Source: Thermoproteota archaeon (lineage in GTDB: Archaea > Thermoproteota > Methanomethylicia > Methanomethylicales > Methanomethylicaceae). Taken from it: a stretch of DNA of 64,000 nucleotides. The position numbers and the translations under genes were made by a program. Position 1 is the first letter of the stretch. Each line of letters starts with the position of its first letter. This document shows positions 29,092-38,443 of the stretch, one piece after another. Below the pieces are notes generated by a model. It had not been told where the DNA came from. It made no database searches and saw nothing but the letters and a program-made list of their open reading frames with translations. The stretch covers positions 5,572 through 69,571 of the forward strand of contig VGLU01000004.1 of assembly GCA_016882195.1 (NCBI GenBank), read 5' to 3'.

Positions 29092-29632
29092 GGTGCCAGA
29101 GACGCTGGGCGACGGTAATGTGCGTCAAGATTGCCAGAAGAATAATTCCAGCCCAGGTGTAGCCCACGATGGCGGAAATTGCGAGTATGACCATCCGCTC
29201 CGCCCTCTCCATGAGCCCAACGGAGGACATATTGACGCCCTCCACCTCCCCCCGGGCCCGGATGTAGCTGACCATCACCGAGCCGATCATGGCTATTATC
29301 CCCCATAAGGGGTCGCAGAGCCCGGCGAGAAGAATCGCCCCGATAACTATCAGGTCGGAGTACCTGTCGAGGATAGAGTCGAGGATGCCTCCCAACTTTG
29401 TGACCTTGCCAGTAATTCTGGCTACGGCACCGTCGATGATGTCGAAAAAGCCGGCGAGAAGGAGAAGGATGCCGCCCCAGAGAGGGTAGGAAAGGTAGAA
29501 AACGTAGGCGGAGAGTACCGAGACCACAAGGCCGATGACGGTTATCTGGTTCGGGGAGAGGCCCAGTGCGGCGAGGGACGATGCCACTGGCTTCAGCGCG
29601 GAGGCCACGGCTGACCTGATCCTGTTCAGCAA
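29066..29632 (-). CDS. CDP-alcohol phosphatidyltransferase family membrane enzyme
   Basis: D-x2-DG-x2-AR...G-x3-D-x3-D signature (FFDIIDGAVARITGK...ILDSILDRYSD). Confidence 0.75.
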   Translation of the reverse strand: MLNRIRSAVASALKPVASSLAALGLSPNQITVIGLVVSVLSAYVFYLSYPLWGGILLLLAGFFDIIDGAVARITGKVTKLGGILDSILDRYSDLIVIGAILLAGLCDPLWGIIAMIGSVMVSYIRARGEVEGVNMSSVGLMERAERMVILAISAIVGYTWAGIILLAILTHITVAQRLWHLMRSLSPR

Positions 29633-29653
29633 GCAACATCAATCCTAGGGAAG

Positions 29654-30901
29654 TTGTTTGGATTACCTTTAAGATTAACTTTGCTGAGTATTATCTCTCT
29701 GGAGGGCTACACGATTTCGGCCTCTGATTCGGCGAATTCATTCGACTTCGACCCCGCTGCCTTCGTGGAGGAGAAGGTGGCGGAGATAAGGAGCGTTGTT
29801 AGAAGGGACAGGGTAGCCATAGCCACCTCCGGCGGGGTGGACAGCACAGCCTGCGCAGCGCTGGCACACAGGGCCCTCGGGAAGGGATTGGTATGCTTCT
29901 TCATGGACACCGGCTTCATGAGGGAGGGCGAGGTGGAGGAGGTCAGGGATCTTCTGTCCTCACTGGGGCTACCCCTGAAGATCCTGCCGGCGAAGGACAG
30001 GTTCATGAAGGCGCTGGAGGGGAGGACAGACGCAGAGTCCAAGCGCCTGGTATTTCGGGAGACCTTCTACACGGTTCTTGGGGAGGCGGCCAGGAAGGAG
30101 GGGTGCGACGTGCTCCTACAGGGGACGATAGCCCCGGACTGGATAGAGAGCTCTGGCGGGATAAAGACCCAGCACAATGTTCTGGAGCAGCTGGGCGTGG
30201 ACACCGTGGAGAGGTTCGGTTTCAGGTTGCTGGAGCCGCTCCTCGACCTTTACAAGGACCAGGTGAGGGCGCTGGCACGGTATCTGGGGGCGAGGGTGGA
30301 TGCCTCCGAGAGGCAGCCGTTCCCTGGACCTGGACTGCTGGTGAGGTGCATAGGTCCTGTATCGGAGGAGAAGGTGGAGGTCCTAAGGAAGGCTACGAAA
30401 GCGGTAGAGAAGCACCTCGGAGCACTCCGACCGGCTCCGAAGCAGTACCTGGCGGCGGTGATCGAGGACGAGAGATCCCCGAGCAGGGGTGGGGTGGAGG
30501 TGGCTGCGTCAAGGATGCTGCTCGGGGCGAGGGTGGAGTATCTCAGATGGCTCGCCACGGGGGTGAAGGGGGACAATAGAGCCTACGGCAAGATTGCGAT
30601 CGTGACGGGGAGGGAGACGGAGCCCGTGGATCTATTCGGTCTGCCAGAGAGGGTGGTGCACCAAGACGGGGAGGTCGTCAGGGTTGTTTACAGGATAAGT
30701 GGCGGCAACGGGAGCAAGAAGGGCAAGTATATTGTCATAGTAAGGGCGGTGGAGACGAGGGACTTCATGACCGCCAAGCCATCAGCGATCCCGCTGAGGG
30801 TTTTGAAGAGGATGGCCGACAGGGTGATGGAGGACGACAGGGTCTCGGTCGTCTGCTACGACCTCACCTCGAAGCCGCCTGCAACTGTGGAGTTTGAGTA
30901 A
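29654..30901 (+). CDS. guaA: GMP synthase subunit B (ATP pyrophosphatase) with enlarged C-terminal region
   Basis: PP-loop ATSGGVDST...LLQGTIAPDWIESSGGIKTQHN...SKPPATVEFE. N-terminus uncertain: no ATG near the conserved FDPAAF. Confidence 0.8.
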   Translation: MFGLPLRLTLLSIISLEGYTISASDSANSFDFDPAAFVEEKVAEIRSVVRRDRVAIATSGGVDSTACAALAHRALGKGLVCFFMDTGFMREGEVEEVRDLLSSLGLPLKILPAKDRFMKALEGRTDAESKRLVFRETFYTVLGEAARKEGCDVLLQGTIAPDWIESSGGIKTQHNVLEQLGVDTVERFGFRLLEPLLDLYKDQVRALARYLGARVDASERQPFPGPGLLVRCIGPVSEEKVEVLRKATKAVEKHLGALRPAPKQYLAAVIEDERSPSRGGVEVAASRMLLGARVEYLRWLATGVKGDNRAYGKIAIVTGRETEPVDLFGLPERVVHQDGEVVRVVYRISGGNGSKKGKYIVIVRAVETRDFMTAKPSAIPLRVLKRMADRVMEDDRVSVVCYDLTSKPPATVEFE

Positions 30902-31472
30902 GATGTACATACCGGTTGTATTCATGGGCGGGCAGTACAACCACCTTATCGTCAGGGCGCTGAAGGAGCTTGGCGTATCCAGCAGACTTGTGATGCCAAA
31001 TACGACGCTGGAGACGCTGAAGGGAGTGGACGGGCTTGTGATGGGCGGCGGACCCCACAGTGTCTACGACGGGATGGATAAGTTCGGGTGTGTGCCGGAG
31101 ATAATCAAGAAGGCGGGGTTTCCGGTGCTGGGGATATGCCTCTCCCACCAGCTGATCGGCAAGATCCTTGGCGGGGAGGTGGTGAAGGGAAGGAATCCCG
31201 AGTACGGCAAGACCACGGTGGAGGTAATAGAGCCCGATGACATACTTCAAGGGGTAGGTCGTGAGTTCGTGGCGTGGGCCTCCCACAACGACGAGGTGAG
31301 GAAGGACGGCGGGAGGTTCGTCGTGCTGGCGAGGAGCGAGTACTGCGAGGTGGAGGCGCTGAAGGACGAGAGAAGGTCCGTATATGGGGTGCAGTTCCAT
31401 GTTGAGGTGGCGGACACGCCGAAGGGTATGATCATATTAAGGAACTTTATCGGCGTGTGCAAGAGAGGATAG
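30894..31472 (+). CDS. GMP synthase subunit A (class I glutamine amidotransferase)
   Basis: GICLSHQLIG catalytic Cys; HVE at the C-terminus. Confidence 0.85.
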   Translation: MSKMYIPVVFMGGQYNHLIVRALKELGVSSRLVMPNTTLETLKGVDGLVMGGGPHSVYDGMDKFGCVPEIIKKAGFPVLGICLSHQLIGKILGGEVVKGRNPEYGKTTVEVIEPDDILQGVGREFVAWASHNDEVRKDGGRFVVLARSEYCEVEALKDERRSVYGVQFHVEVADTPKGMIILRNFIGVCKRG

Positions 31473-31653
31473 CGTTAACATAAGTTATGGTGCAAAGCCC
31501 TAGAGGTTATTGAACTTTTTTTAGCGATGCGCCCTTCCGGCGACTAATTTGTTTTCCCTTATCTATTGTGGAGAACCAGCCCTGGGTCCTCGGTTATCTA
31601 CATGGAGGGCTAGATTTTTAAGTGAGGGTATTTTGATAGTCATGTGGGTAAAA

Positions 31654-31905
31654 ATGGCAACATTGGTAAAAATAGATGATAGAGGGAGAGTAACCTTACC
31701 AAAGGATTTGTGTATGAGAAGTGGTAGGGCGGCCGTAATCTCTGCAGGGACCTTTCTCGTGTTTATACCAATTTCGAGCAAACCTGCTGAGGCAGCGAGG
31801 GGCTGGTTAAAATCCAAGAGGGAGAGGGTTGAACTTAAGAAGATTGCGGAGAGGAAGGCTCGTGAAGATGCGGTCTCAAGGGCTAAGAGGAGAGAACAGG
31901 CTTGA
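31654..31905 (+). CDS. AbrB/SpoVT-type antitoxin (VapB-like)
   Basis: MATLVKIDDRGRVTLPKDL swapped-hairpin motif. Its stop overlaps the start of the PIN gene (ATGA). Confidence 0.6.
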   Translation: MATLVKIDDRGRVTLPKDLCMRSGRAAVISAGTFLVFIPISSKPAEAARGWLKSKRERVELKKIAERKAREDAVSRAKRREQA

Positions 31906-32327
31906 TGATAGAGAGCGATGTCCTCTACGCCTATGTAAAGGAGAATGACTGGCTCAAAGAGGCGTCTGAAAGGCTCGTCAGCAAAATAGAGAAGGGTGAT
32001 TTTGGAGAAGTTTATGCGAGCAGGGAAGTTCTGCATGAGCTGTACTATGTGTCACTTGACGAGGAAGTAAGGATAGACGACTACGTATACCGTGTGGCAA
32101 ACCTTACCTCGGTTAAGAACCTAGTCTTTCTAGAAACCAGCTACGAGATAGACCTTCTCGCGATCTCGCTGATGAAGCAGTACAGGCTGACCTCGATATT
32201 TGATGCGTATTACGCGGCAACGTGCTTGAACCAAGTGCGCGACCGCAAGATAGTTACAACGGACACCGTTTACGACAGAATTCCCGGGATAAGTAGGATA
32301 GATCCAAGAGATCTTAAACTTAAATAA
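31902..32327 (+). CDS. PIN-domain toxin (VapC-like)
   Basis: 141 aa with conserved acidic residues (ESDVLYAY...TTD). Confidence 0.7.
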   Translation: MMIESDVLYAYVKENDWLKEASERLVSKIEKGDFGEVYASREVLHELYYVSLDEEVRIDDYVYRVANLTSVKNLVFLETSYEIDLLAISLMKQYRLTSIFDAYYAATCLNQVRDRKIVTTDTVYDRIPGISRIDPRDLKLK

Positions 32328-32363
32328 CAGATCAAGTCGTCCGCCGTAAAAAATGGGGCGGCT

Positions 32364-32840
32364 TTAGAGGCACTCCTTCGGGTGGCTGTACTTCAGCCCC
32401 CCCACCTGTGCATATTCTTTATCATAGCTTACCAGCCTCAGGTTTTCGACTATGCCCACTGCAGCGTGGAGGCTGTCGAAGTATGTCAGCCCCCTGTGTT
32501 TTGACCTAAGTTCGTATGCCTTACCGTGGTATGCCGGTTTTGGGGTGGGGAGGCCTATATCGTAGTATTCGAGGAGATTGCCTAGAGACGCATAGAAGAG
32601 TCCAGCCTCGGTAAACATGATCTCCTTGGCGCGAATTAGGAGGTCCAGCTCCGTGAGGGAGTATGGGGAAAGGCACAGCCTTACGCCAGCATTCTCAAAA
32701 AGCCCTTTGGCCTCGCCGTGGTGTCTATCGCCTGGCGAGATGAGGGCGAGGAGGAGGTCGGTCTCTATGAGGAGGCGTCTTTCATTGTTTGCTGAGTTCC
32801 CTTTGAGCAACTCTACGGAGCCTCCTGATCTCCACCTCAA
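32364..32840 (-). CDS. PIN-domain toxin (VapC-like), second module
   Basis: LIETDLLLAL...LHAAVGIVENLRLVSYD. Start uncertain. Confidence 0.6.
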   Translation of the reverse strand: MRWRSGGSVELLKGNSANNERRLLIETDLLLALISPGDRHHGEAKGLFENAGVRLCLSPYSLTELDLLIRAKEIMFTEAGLFYASLGNLLEYYDIGLPTPKPAYHGKAYELRSKHRGLTYFDSLHAAVGIVENLRLVSYDKEYAQVGGLKYSHPKECL

Positions 32841-33036
32841 CGTCCTTTGTGCCCTTTACCACAACCTTTCCCAAAGATTCCAGTGGGTCCGCTACCGGAG
32901 TCAGGACGATGCTGCCGCGCTCAACCCTCACGGTCATGACCTTCTTAACCCCCGCCGCCCTCCGGATCTTCGACGGTATGACTAGCCTCCCCTTCTCGTC
33001 GACCCTCACCGCTGTTTCGCCCAATAGTACCACCAT
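32782..33036 (-). CDS. AbrB/SpoVT-type antitoxin, second module
   Basis: VRVDEKGRLVIPSKIRR. Overlaps the downstream PIN gene. Confidence 0.6.
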   Translation of the reverse strand: MVVLLGETAVRVDEKGRLVIPSKIRRAAGVKKVMTVRVERGSIVLTPVADPLESLGKVVVKGTKDVEVEIRRLRRVAQRELSKQ

Positions 33037-33128
33037 GTTAAATATCCCACGTCCCATCTAATAAGAATTCCCACTAAAATGAGCTTAACGATGCAATGTG
33101 GTGATGCAAGCTGGTTTTTAATGGTGTG

Positions 33129-33200
33129 CGAGCAATACTGAGATTGGTAAAATGGATGAAAGAGAAAGTAACCTTGCCAAAGGATTTAGCACGAAAGATG
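33129..33200 (+). pseudogene. frameshifted remnant of a vapB 5' end
   Basis: ATTGGTAAAATGGATGAAAGAGAAAGTAACCTTGCCAAAGGATTT is ~85% identical to 31660-31706 but is out of frame. Confidence 0.4.
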
Positions 33201-33314
33201 ATGGGCGGATTGCTAGACGATGCGGAATGATTGTTCAAGCGATACAATCAATTATAAATAGATGGCGTTCTTTCGTGATAAATAAAATAAAAAAAGAAAA
33301 AAAGGAACGGATTC

Positions 33315-33761
33315 TTAGGGCATCGTGAACTGCGGGGATGGCGCGGATCCGCCACCTGCAGTAGTTACTAGGAGATAATATGTTGCGCCTTGAACTCCAG
33401 TTAAAGTACATGTAATTTTTTCGCTATTTCCTGCACTTATTGTAGTGTTTCCGGTTAATGTGGTCGTTGCGTCGACGGTGGCGCCGCTACTCACTAGCAC
33501 AAGGCTTGCAGATGCAACAGTTACATTCTGGGCTCCAGTGTTAGTTACTATGAATGATGCAACACTGTGGTTTGTGGCGTTCGTTATCACTCCTGTCACT
33601 GTTATTGTATCCGAGATCCCTCCTGGGGTTATCGCTGCGCCTCCTATGAAGCCCATGACGAAGCTGTAGGTCACGACTGCGGCTGCGACGGCTATGACGA
33701 TGAGCAGCAACGTGGCGATGATCGGCGAGATACCCTTCTTACTTCTACTGATTGTTTTCAT
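33315..33761 (-). CDS. archaeal type IV pilin-like protein (class III signal peptide)
   Basis: KKGISPIIATLLLIVIAVAAAV N-terminus followed by a Thr/Ser/Gly-rich beta domain. Confidence 0.7.
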   Translation of the reverse strand: MKTISRSKKGISPIIATLLLIVIAVAAAVVTYSFVMGFIGGAAITPGGISDTITVTGVITNATNHSVASFIVTNTGAQNVTVASASLVLVSSGATVDATTTLTGNTTISAGNSEKITCTLTGVQGATYYLLVTTAGGGSAPSPQFTMP

Positions 33762-33810
33762 GAGTGTCTATTTGTTAAACACTTAAATGATATAATTAAA
33801 GATCCAACAA

Positions 33811-34359
33811 TTGGTTTTAAGGATAACAATTAATATTCGCCAATGGATACACCATCATCAGGTGGGTTTTTTGAGGGGGGGCTATGCCTTGATTCTGCGG
33901 GTTGGCAGACCGGTCACCATCGCGGCCGGCAGGCGGACGTTCAGCATAGATCCGGGGGTCTACGTCTATTCAGGCTCGGCCCTGGGACTGGGCGGAGTCG
34001 AGGCGAGGGTCAGGAGGCATATGTGGTACTACAAGCGAAGAGGCGGCAACAGGGATCGCGTAATTGAAGGGACGGAGTTTCACTGGCACATAGATCGCCT
34101 CCTACCTTTGGCAGACTCCTTCATTATAGTCCACGCCGAGTCAAAGTTCAGAACCGAATGTCTTCTCGCTACCATCCTTAAGGAGGGGGGGATGCGAGTT
34201 GTTAGGGGCTTCGGGAGCACGGACTGCAGATCCGGCTGCGGTGGGCACCTCCTTTACGTGCCGGGCGGCGATGCAGAGGAGGCTGTAATGGTAGTGATGG
34301 AAGGCTTTAATTCGTTGGGGATCAAGCCATCGCGCCCATTAGAAACAGAACGATCCTGA
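33811..34359 (+). CDS. DUF123-like (GIY-YIG/Uri-superfamily-like) protein
   Basis: GVYVYSGSA...RVRRHMW...FHWHIDRL motifs recalled from DUF123. Start uncertain. Confidence 0.4.
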   Translation: MVLRITINIRQWIHHHQVGFLRGGYALILRVGRPVTIAAGRRTFSIDPGVYVYSGSALGLGGVEARVRRHMWYYKRRGGNRDRVIEGTEFHWHIDRLLPLADSFIIVHAESKFRTECLLATILKEGGMRVVRGFGSTDCRSGCGGHLLYVPGGDAEEAVMVVMEGFNSLGIKPSRPLETERS

Positions 34360-35071
34360 AGATAATGTCTCCTGCAACAAAATAGAGGAGAAAACCAAAT
34401 AGGAAGAATACAATCAGGGGTAGGGCTGGCGTTGCCCAAACGTATTTGCTGTCCTTGCCGAAGACCTTGGGCTCCTCCTCGCTGGCAACCCTGGAAAAAA
34501 GCCTAATGTAATGAGACCCGTCCGCAGCCAACTTCTCCAACAGGTTGAAGTGGACCTTGTTGGCGGTCTCCAGTTTTACCTTTGCGCCCAAGAAGAAGAT
34601 GGCAGCCTTCTGGACGGTCGTTGCGTTAAGGTCTTTAAAGAGGTCTTTATTTTTCATCCACCACAGCGAGTTCCAGATCGCACATGCGGGAATCAATAGC
34701 AGAGAGAGGACCAAGGCGTTCCCGAAGATCGTAAAGGGGTAAGGCCACGAGGTGACAGCTTGGTAGGAGGGCGGGAGGGGGAGGGTCACAGCTATGGCTA
34801 TTAGAGCCTTTGCATCGGCTCCGCCGTAGAGTCCGGCGTAGTAAATGCCCAGCGCCAGTACCGCCGTGATCCCCACGCTTAGAATTAACAGCGCCAAGGG
34901 ATAGCCCGGCGTTGTGAGGATCTCCGATGCCGTCAACACAGCCCCCGTTACGATCGCGATGTACCACACCTTGTCATCAATCTCCCTCGTCTTGAGGTCC
35001 TGGTATGAGGCGAAGGAGAGGGCGGCTAGGATGAGGATTATCTTGAGCAGGGGGATCAAATACTGCACCAC
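34322..35071 (-). CDS. prepilin/preflagellin peptidase (A24 family, PibD/FlaK-like)
   Basis: Polytopic membrane protein with catalytic Asp motifs SYQDLKTREIDD and GLYGGADAK. Confidence 0.75.
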   Translation of the reverse strand: MVQYLIPLLKIILILAALSFASYQDLKTREIDDKVWYIAIVTGAVLTASEILTTPGYPLALLILSVGITAVLALGIYYAGLYGGADAKALIAIAVTLPLPPSYQAVTSWPYPFTIFGNALVLSLLLIPACAIWNSLWWMKNKDLFKDLNATTVQKAAIFFLGAKVKLETANKVHFNLLEKLAADGSHYIRLFSRVASEEEPKVFGKDSKYVWATPALPLIVFFLFGFLLYFVAGDIIFRIVLFLMGAMA

Positions 35072-35429
35072 TAATGGGTGGGTTATAAGAAGGTATAAAA
35101 TTTTTGTTATTGGGACGCTCTAATTGAAGCCGCTTGGCGATTCACCATAGCAAAGCGAGAAAACGGGGCAATCGCTAAATTTATTTCAGTCGGAGACCAG
35201 AAGTATGCGGGGCGATGACTGAGAATTCGGGTCCAGATGTGAAGATGATGAGCCGGGCTAGTCGAGCCCTCCTTTTTTGTTTTGCAATGCACCGAAAATA
35301 ATAATTTGCTGATGAGCGATCTTTATATGGGCAATGATCGGGGGACAAAGCGCGGATATCGTGAAGACGCCGCTACAGCTGTGAGCCCTTTGGTCTTAAT
35401 TGCGATGATGTGAAATAGGATAAAGCAGG

Positions 35430-35891
35430 TTATTTTATCTCCTCGACGTTCTCGTCCTCTTCTTCCTCAGGCGGCGCAGCCTTGGTGGACTCGACGGCAA
35501 GCTCAACGATGGCCTCCTCTGCCTTCTGGTCTATGGCTGGGGCTACGACGAAGACCTCCTTGTCCACGTAGTTGTCATCCCGGTATTCGTTGTCGAAGGA
35601 GATAATATAAACGGGCACATGGAACACAACGCTCCCGTTGGTAGTCCTCGAGAGATCGTATTTGGAGTAGAGATCGTACTGCTCCTTTGATATCGGCAGC
35701 TTTACGCTGACAGGGTACTGAGGATCCCTTATCACGGTGAAGTCGGCCTTGTCGACGGTCCAGAGCGATAGGGCCTCTACGACCTGCTTCTTCACGAGCT
35801 CCTTTATTTCCCCTGTCTGTTTCGTCTTTGAGACTAGTGTGCCTTCTTTCGCCCTTATTATGAATGCCCCTGTGGAAGACAACGCCTGCAC
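35430..35891 (-). CDS. hypothetical protein with acidic C-terminal tail
   Basis: 153 aa ending PPEEEEDENVEEIK. Confidence 0.4.
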   Translation of the reverse strand: MQALSSTGAFIIRAKEGTLVSKTKQTGEIKELVKKQVVEALSLWTVDKADFTVIRDPQYPVSVKLPISKEQYDLYSKYDLSRTTNGSVVFHVPVYIISFDNEYRDDNYVDKEVFVVAPAIDQKAEEAIVELAVESTKAAPPEEEEDENVEEIK

Positions 35892-35892
35892 C

Positions 35893-36210
35893 TCATTGCC
35901 TCGATATTGCCTCTGCGAGCTTTTTTATCCCCTGTTCGATATCGGGCATGCCTTTATCATTGTCCGGAAGCCTGGTCATCACGTGCTTCACGGCTCCGCC
36001 CTCGAGTTTCAGAAAGATCTGGGGGATGTCCACCCCGCCGAATTCATCCTTCTCTCCGAAGCTTATCAGAAGGTCGTAGTCCTCCTTCTTGATCTCAACT
36101 GGGATGTTTGTGCTCTTAGACACGGACTCGCAGACCTTGAGGGCGTACTGGCTGCCCCTCTCCCAGTCGGCTGTGACCACGATTATCCCTTCGACAGTCA
36201 TATGTGACAC
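35893..36210 (-). CDS. hypothetical small protein
   Basis: 105 aa, co-directional with and immediately downstream of thrS. Confidence 0.4.
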   Translation of the reverse strand: MSHMTVEGIIVVTADWERGSQYALKVCESVSKSTNIPVEIKKEDYDLLISFGEKDEFGGVDIPQIFLKLEGGAVKHVMTRLPDNDKGMPDIEQGIKKLAEAISRQ

Positions 36211-36263
36211 CTTACGATTTCTCGGTAATGCCCCATTAAATACTCATCGGTTATCATTAGGTA

Positions 36264-38138
36264 TCATCCGAAGCGCGGCTTCATTGAAAGTAACAGCGGC
36301 AGATACGAGGGGATGCAAGGCCTTCCACCTAGGCTCCTCTTCAAGAGAGAGCAGAGTCCGTCGACGGTGGTGTTCACCGGCTCCCCGCCGCGTACTCTGA
36401 CTGGAAGCTTTCCTGAAGAGATCTCCCTCTCGCCCACCACGACGATGTACGGTATCCACTCCACCTCGGCGTCCCTTATCTTCTTGGAGACGGACTCCTC
36501 CCTGTTGTCGACATCCACCCTCAGGCCCTGGGCGGCCACCTTGGATGCGATCTCCAGCGCGAAGTTGAGGTGGGTGCTCTTGACGGGCAGAAGCCTGACC
36601 TGTATCGGGCTAAGCCAGACCGGCAGCCTCGGGGGCTTCCCCTTCATCTGGTCCTTGACTGCCTGCTCAAGTATGGACCCCATCCACCTCTCGATCGATC
36701 CGAGCGAGCTGTGGAGGATTATGCAACCCTTCTTCTGACCGTTCTCGTCGGTGTAGAAGATCCCGTATCGGGCGGCGTCCTCTATATCGAGTTGAACCGT
36801 TACCAGCTGGGTGTTCCCGCCGGCGGCGTCTATGGCCTGGTACTCGTGCTTCAGGACCCAGTAGTGCTTCATCTCCGGCATCGCCTCTATGAGGGCGGGC
36901 TTGTTTACGACCTTCAGTAGCGAGACGAACCATTCCTTGTTCTTCTCGTAGAAGTCCTTCAGCACCCTGAAGGCCACCGCGTAGTCTATCTCCATGGACT
37001 CCGTGAGCTTGGTGTACCTCTTGAAGAGCTCCATGTACTCGGACATGCCCTGCTCCAAGTTTATGCAGAAGCAGTGGAGGTCGGGCATGGTGAAGCTCCT
37101 GAGGCGCTTGAGGCCAACGCACTCGCCGCTCTGCTCGAGCCTGAAGGAGGGCGAGAGCTCGTACACCCTTAGGGGGAGCTGCCTGTAGCTCATGGTTACG
37201 CCCTTCATCATCCTGAAGAGACCGAAGTCACCTGCGAACCTCAGCGTGAACTCCTTGTTGTCCACCTTCAGCCTGTAGTCCTTCTCGCGGAACTTGGAGA
37301 CCTGCTCGGCTATGTCCGGCTCGTCCAGTTTGTAGAGGTACGGCGTCTCTATCTTGAAGGCGCGCAGGTCCTTCACCGCTATCTCGTAGGCGAACTCCTC
37401 GAGGCTGTCCTTTATTATGATCCCCTTGGGGTAGAACCTGAAGTGCCCGACATCGGAGGCTGGCTCGTAGTCCACCAGCTCCAGTTTCTTCATTATCTTG
37501 ATGTGACCGGGGGCCTCCCTCTCGCCCTTGATGCCGGCCTCGTTCTTGATGAGCTGGAGGAGGGGAGGGTCTATCTTCAGGTTGGAGAAGGTCTTCGGAT
37601 TAGAGAGGTCGATCGGAATCTCCTCACCTTTGGGTGTGAGGACGAGGAATTTACTCGGCGCGACTGCCTCCTCTGCCTTGGCTACTGCCTCGGCTTTAAG
37701 CTCCTCCTTAGCCATCTCCAGCGTAACGGTCCTGGAGAGCTCGCCCAGCGGGTGGCCCTTGCACTTCACGTTGAAGGATTTGTACCAGCCGAAGGGCGAT
37801 CTGATGACCTCCAGCGATCCCTTGAGAGCCTTCTCTAAGAGGAACAGCGTCTTGAGGGCGCCGAGTGGCGATGCGAGGTCGGCGGAGAGGTGTGCGTAGG
37901 GGTATAGCAGCACCCTCTCGGCCTTAACCATGTTAGCCTGATCGAGGATTACCTTTGCGGCATACTCTGCGATCTCGGGAGGGGAGGACTCGTCGTCACT
38001 CTCCACGGAGCAGAAGGTGACGAGGCACTCCTCGACCCTGTGGGTCTTCCCTACGTCCTCGATCTTTTCTGGCTCCTTGACCGCGGGTTCCAGGGCAGTA
38101 TACTCCATATAATCAGCATGGATCATCAGGAGGCGCAT
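36264..38138 (-). CDS. thrS: threonyl-tRNA synthetase, archaeal type with N-terminal editing domain
   Basis: MRLLMIHADYMEY N-terminal editing domain, class II core, anticodon-binding C-terminus. ORF extends to 38147. Confidence 0.9.
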   Translation of the reverse strand: MRLLMIHADYMEYTALEPAVKEPEKIEDVGKTHRVEECLVTFCSVESDDESSPPEIAEYAAKVILDQANMVKAERVLLYPYAHLSADLASPLGALKTLFLLEKALKGSLEVIRSPFGWYKSFNVKCKGHPLGELSRTVTLEMAKEELKAEAVAKAEEAVAPSKFLVLTPKGEEIPIDLSNPKTFSNLKIDPPLLQLIKNEAGIKGEREAPGHIKIMKKLELVDYEPASDVGHFRFYPKGIIIKDSLEEFAYEIAVKDLRAFKIETPYLYKLDEPDIAEQVSKFREKDYRLKVDNKEFTLRFAGDFGLFRMMKGVTMSYRQLPLRVYELSPSFRLEQSGECVGLKRLRSFTMPDLHCFCINLEQGMSEYMELFKRYTKLTESMEIDYAVAFRVLKDFYEKNKEWFVSLLKVVNKPALIEAMPEMKHYWVLKHEYQAIDAAGGNTQLVTVQLDIEDAARYGIFYTDENGQKKGCIILHSSLGSIERWMGSILEQAVKDQMKGKPPRLPVWLSPIQVRLLPVKSTHLNFALEIASKVAAQGLRVDVDNREESVSKKIRDAEVEWIPYIVVVGEREISSGKLPVRVRGGEPVNTTVDGLCSLLKRSLGGRPCIPSYLPLLLSMKPRFG

Positions 38139-38182
38139 AGATTCCACCGCTTATTGATGCGATAACTTGTTAGAGAAACGCT

Positions 38183-38190
38183 ATATAAAT
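38183..38190 (-). promoter_or_regulatory. candidate TATA box for thrS
   Basis: TTTATATA on the minus strand, ~45 nt upstream of the thrS start. Confidence 0.35.
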
Positions 38191-38443
38191 GGATATGCCG
38201 AGGCGACTTTTGAGGGGGTCGTCGTAACTTCCTTCTCGTTTTTGGGTGCGTTCGATAAGTTTTTAAGGTTTAACTCTTAGTCATCTCGGGGATAGAAGAT
38301 GGAGGGCTGCAAGAAGTATAACAACACGAGGGCAGATATGCTCAGGATGAGGCAGGAGTTGAGGGTAGAGTACAGGGAGGCCCTCCAGCAGATAAGGTTC
38401 TTCGGACTCCTCAGGCACAATAAGGCGGGAATGGCCAGCTAGA

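Noticed and set aside
29893-30579. 228-aa Gly/Arg-rich plus-strand ORF
   Set aside because: It is an alternative frame of the GMP synthase B gene. The low-complexity GGxG translation is a GC-rich frame artefact.
35107-35292. 61-aa minus-strand ORF in the 360-nt intergenic gap
   Set aside because: It overlaps the putative hairpin/U-tract and has His/Ser/Pro-rich composition. A non-coding RNA explanation is preferred.
38300-38443. 47-aa plus-strand ORF between thrS and polB
   Set aside because: It lies in the promoter region of two minus-strand genes and has no motif. Likely chance.
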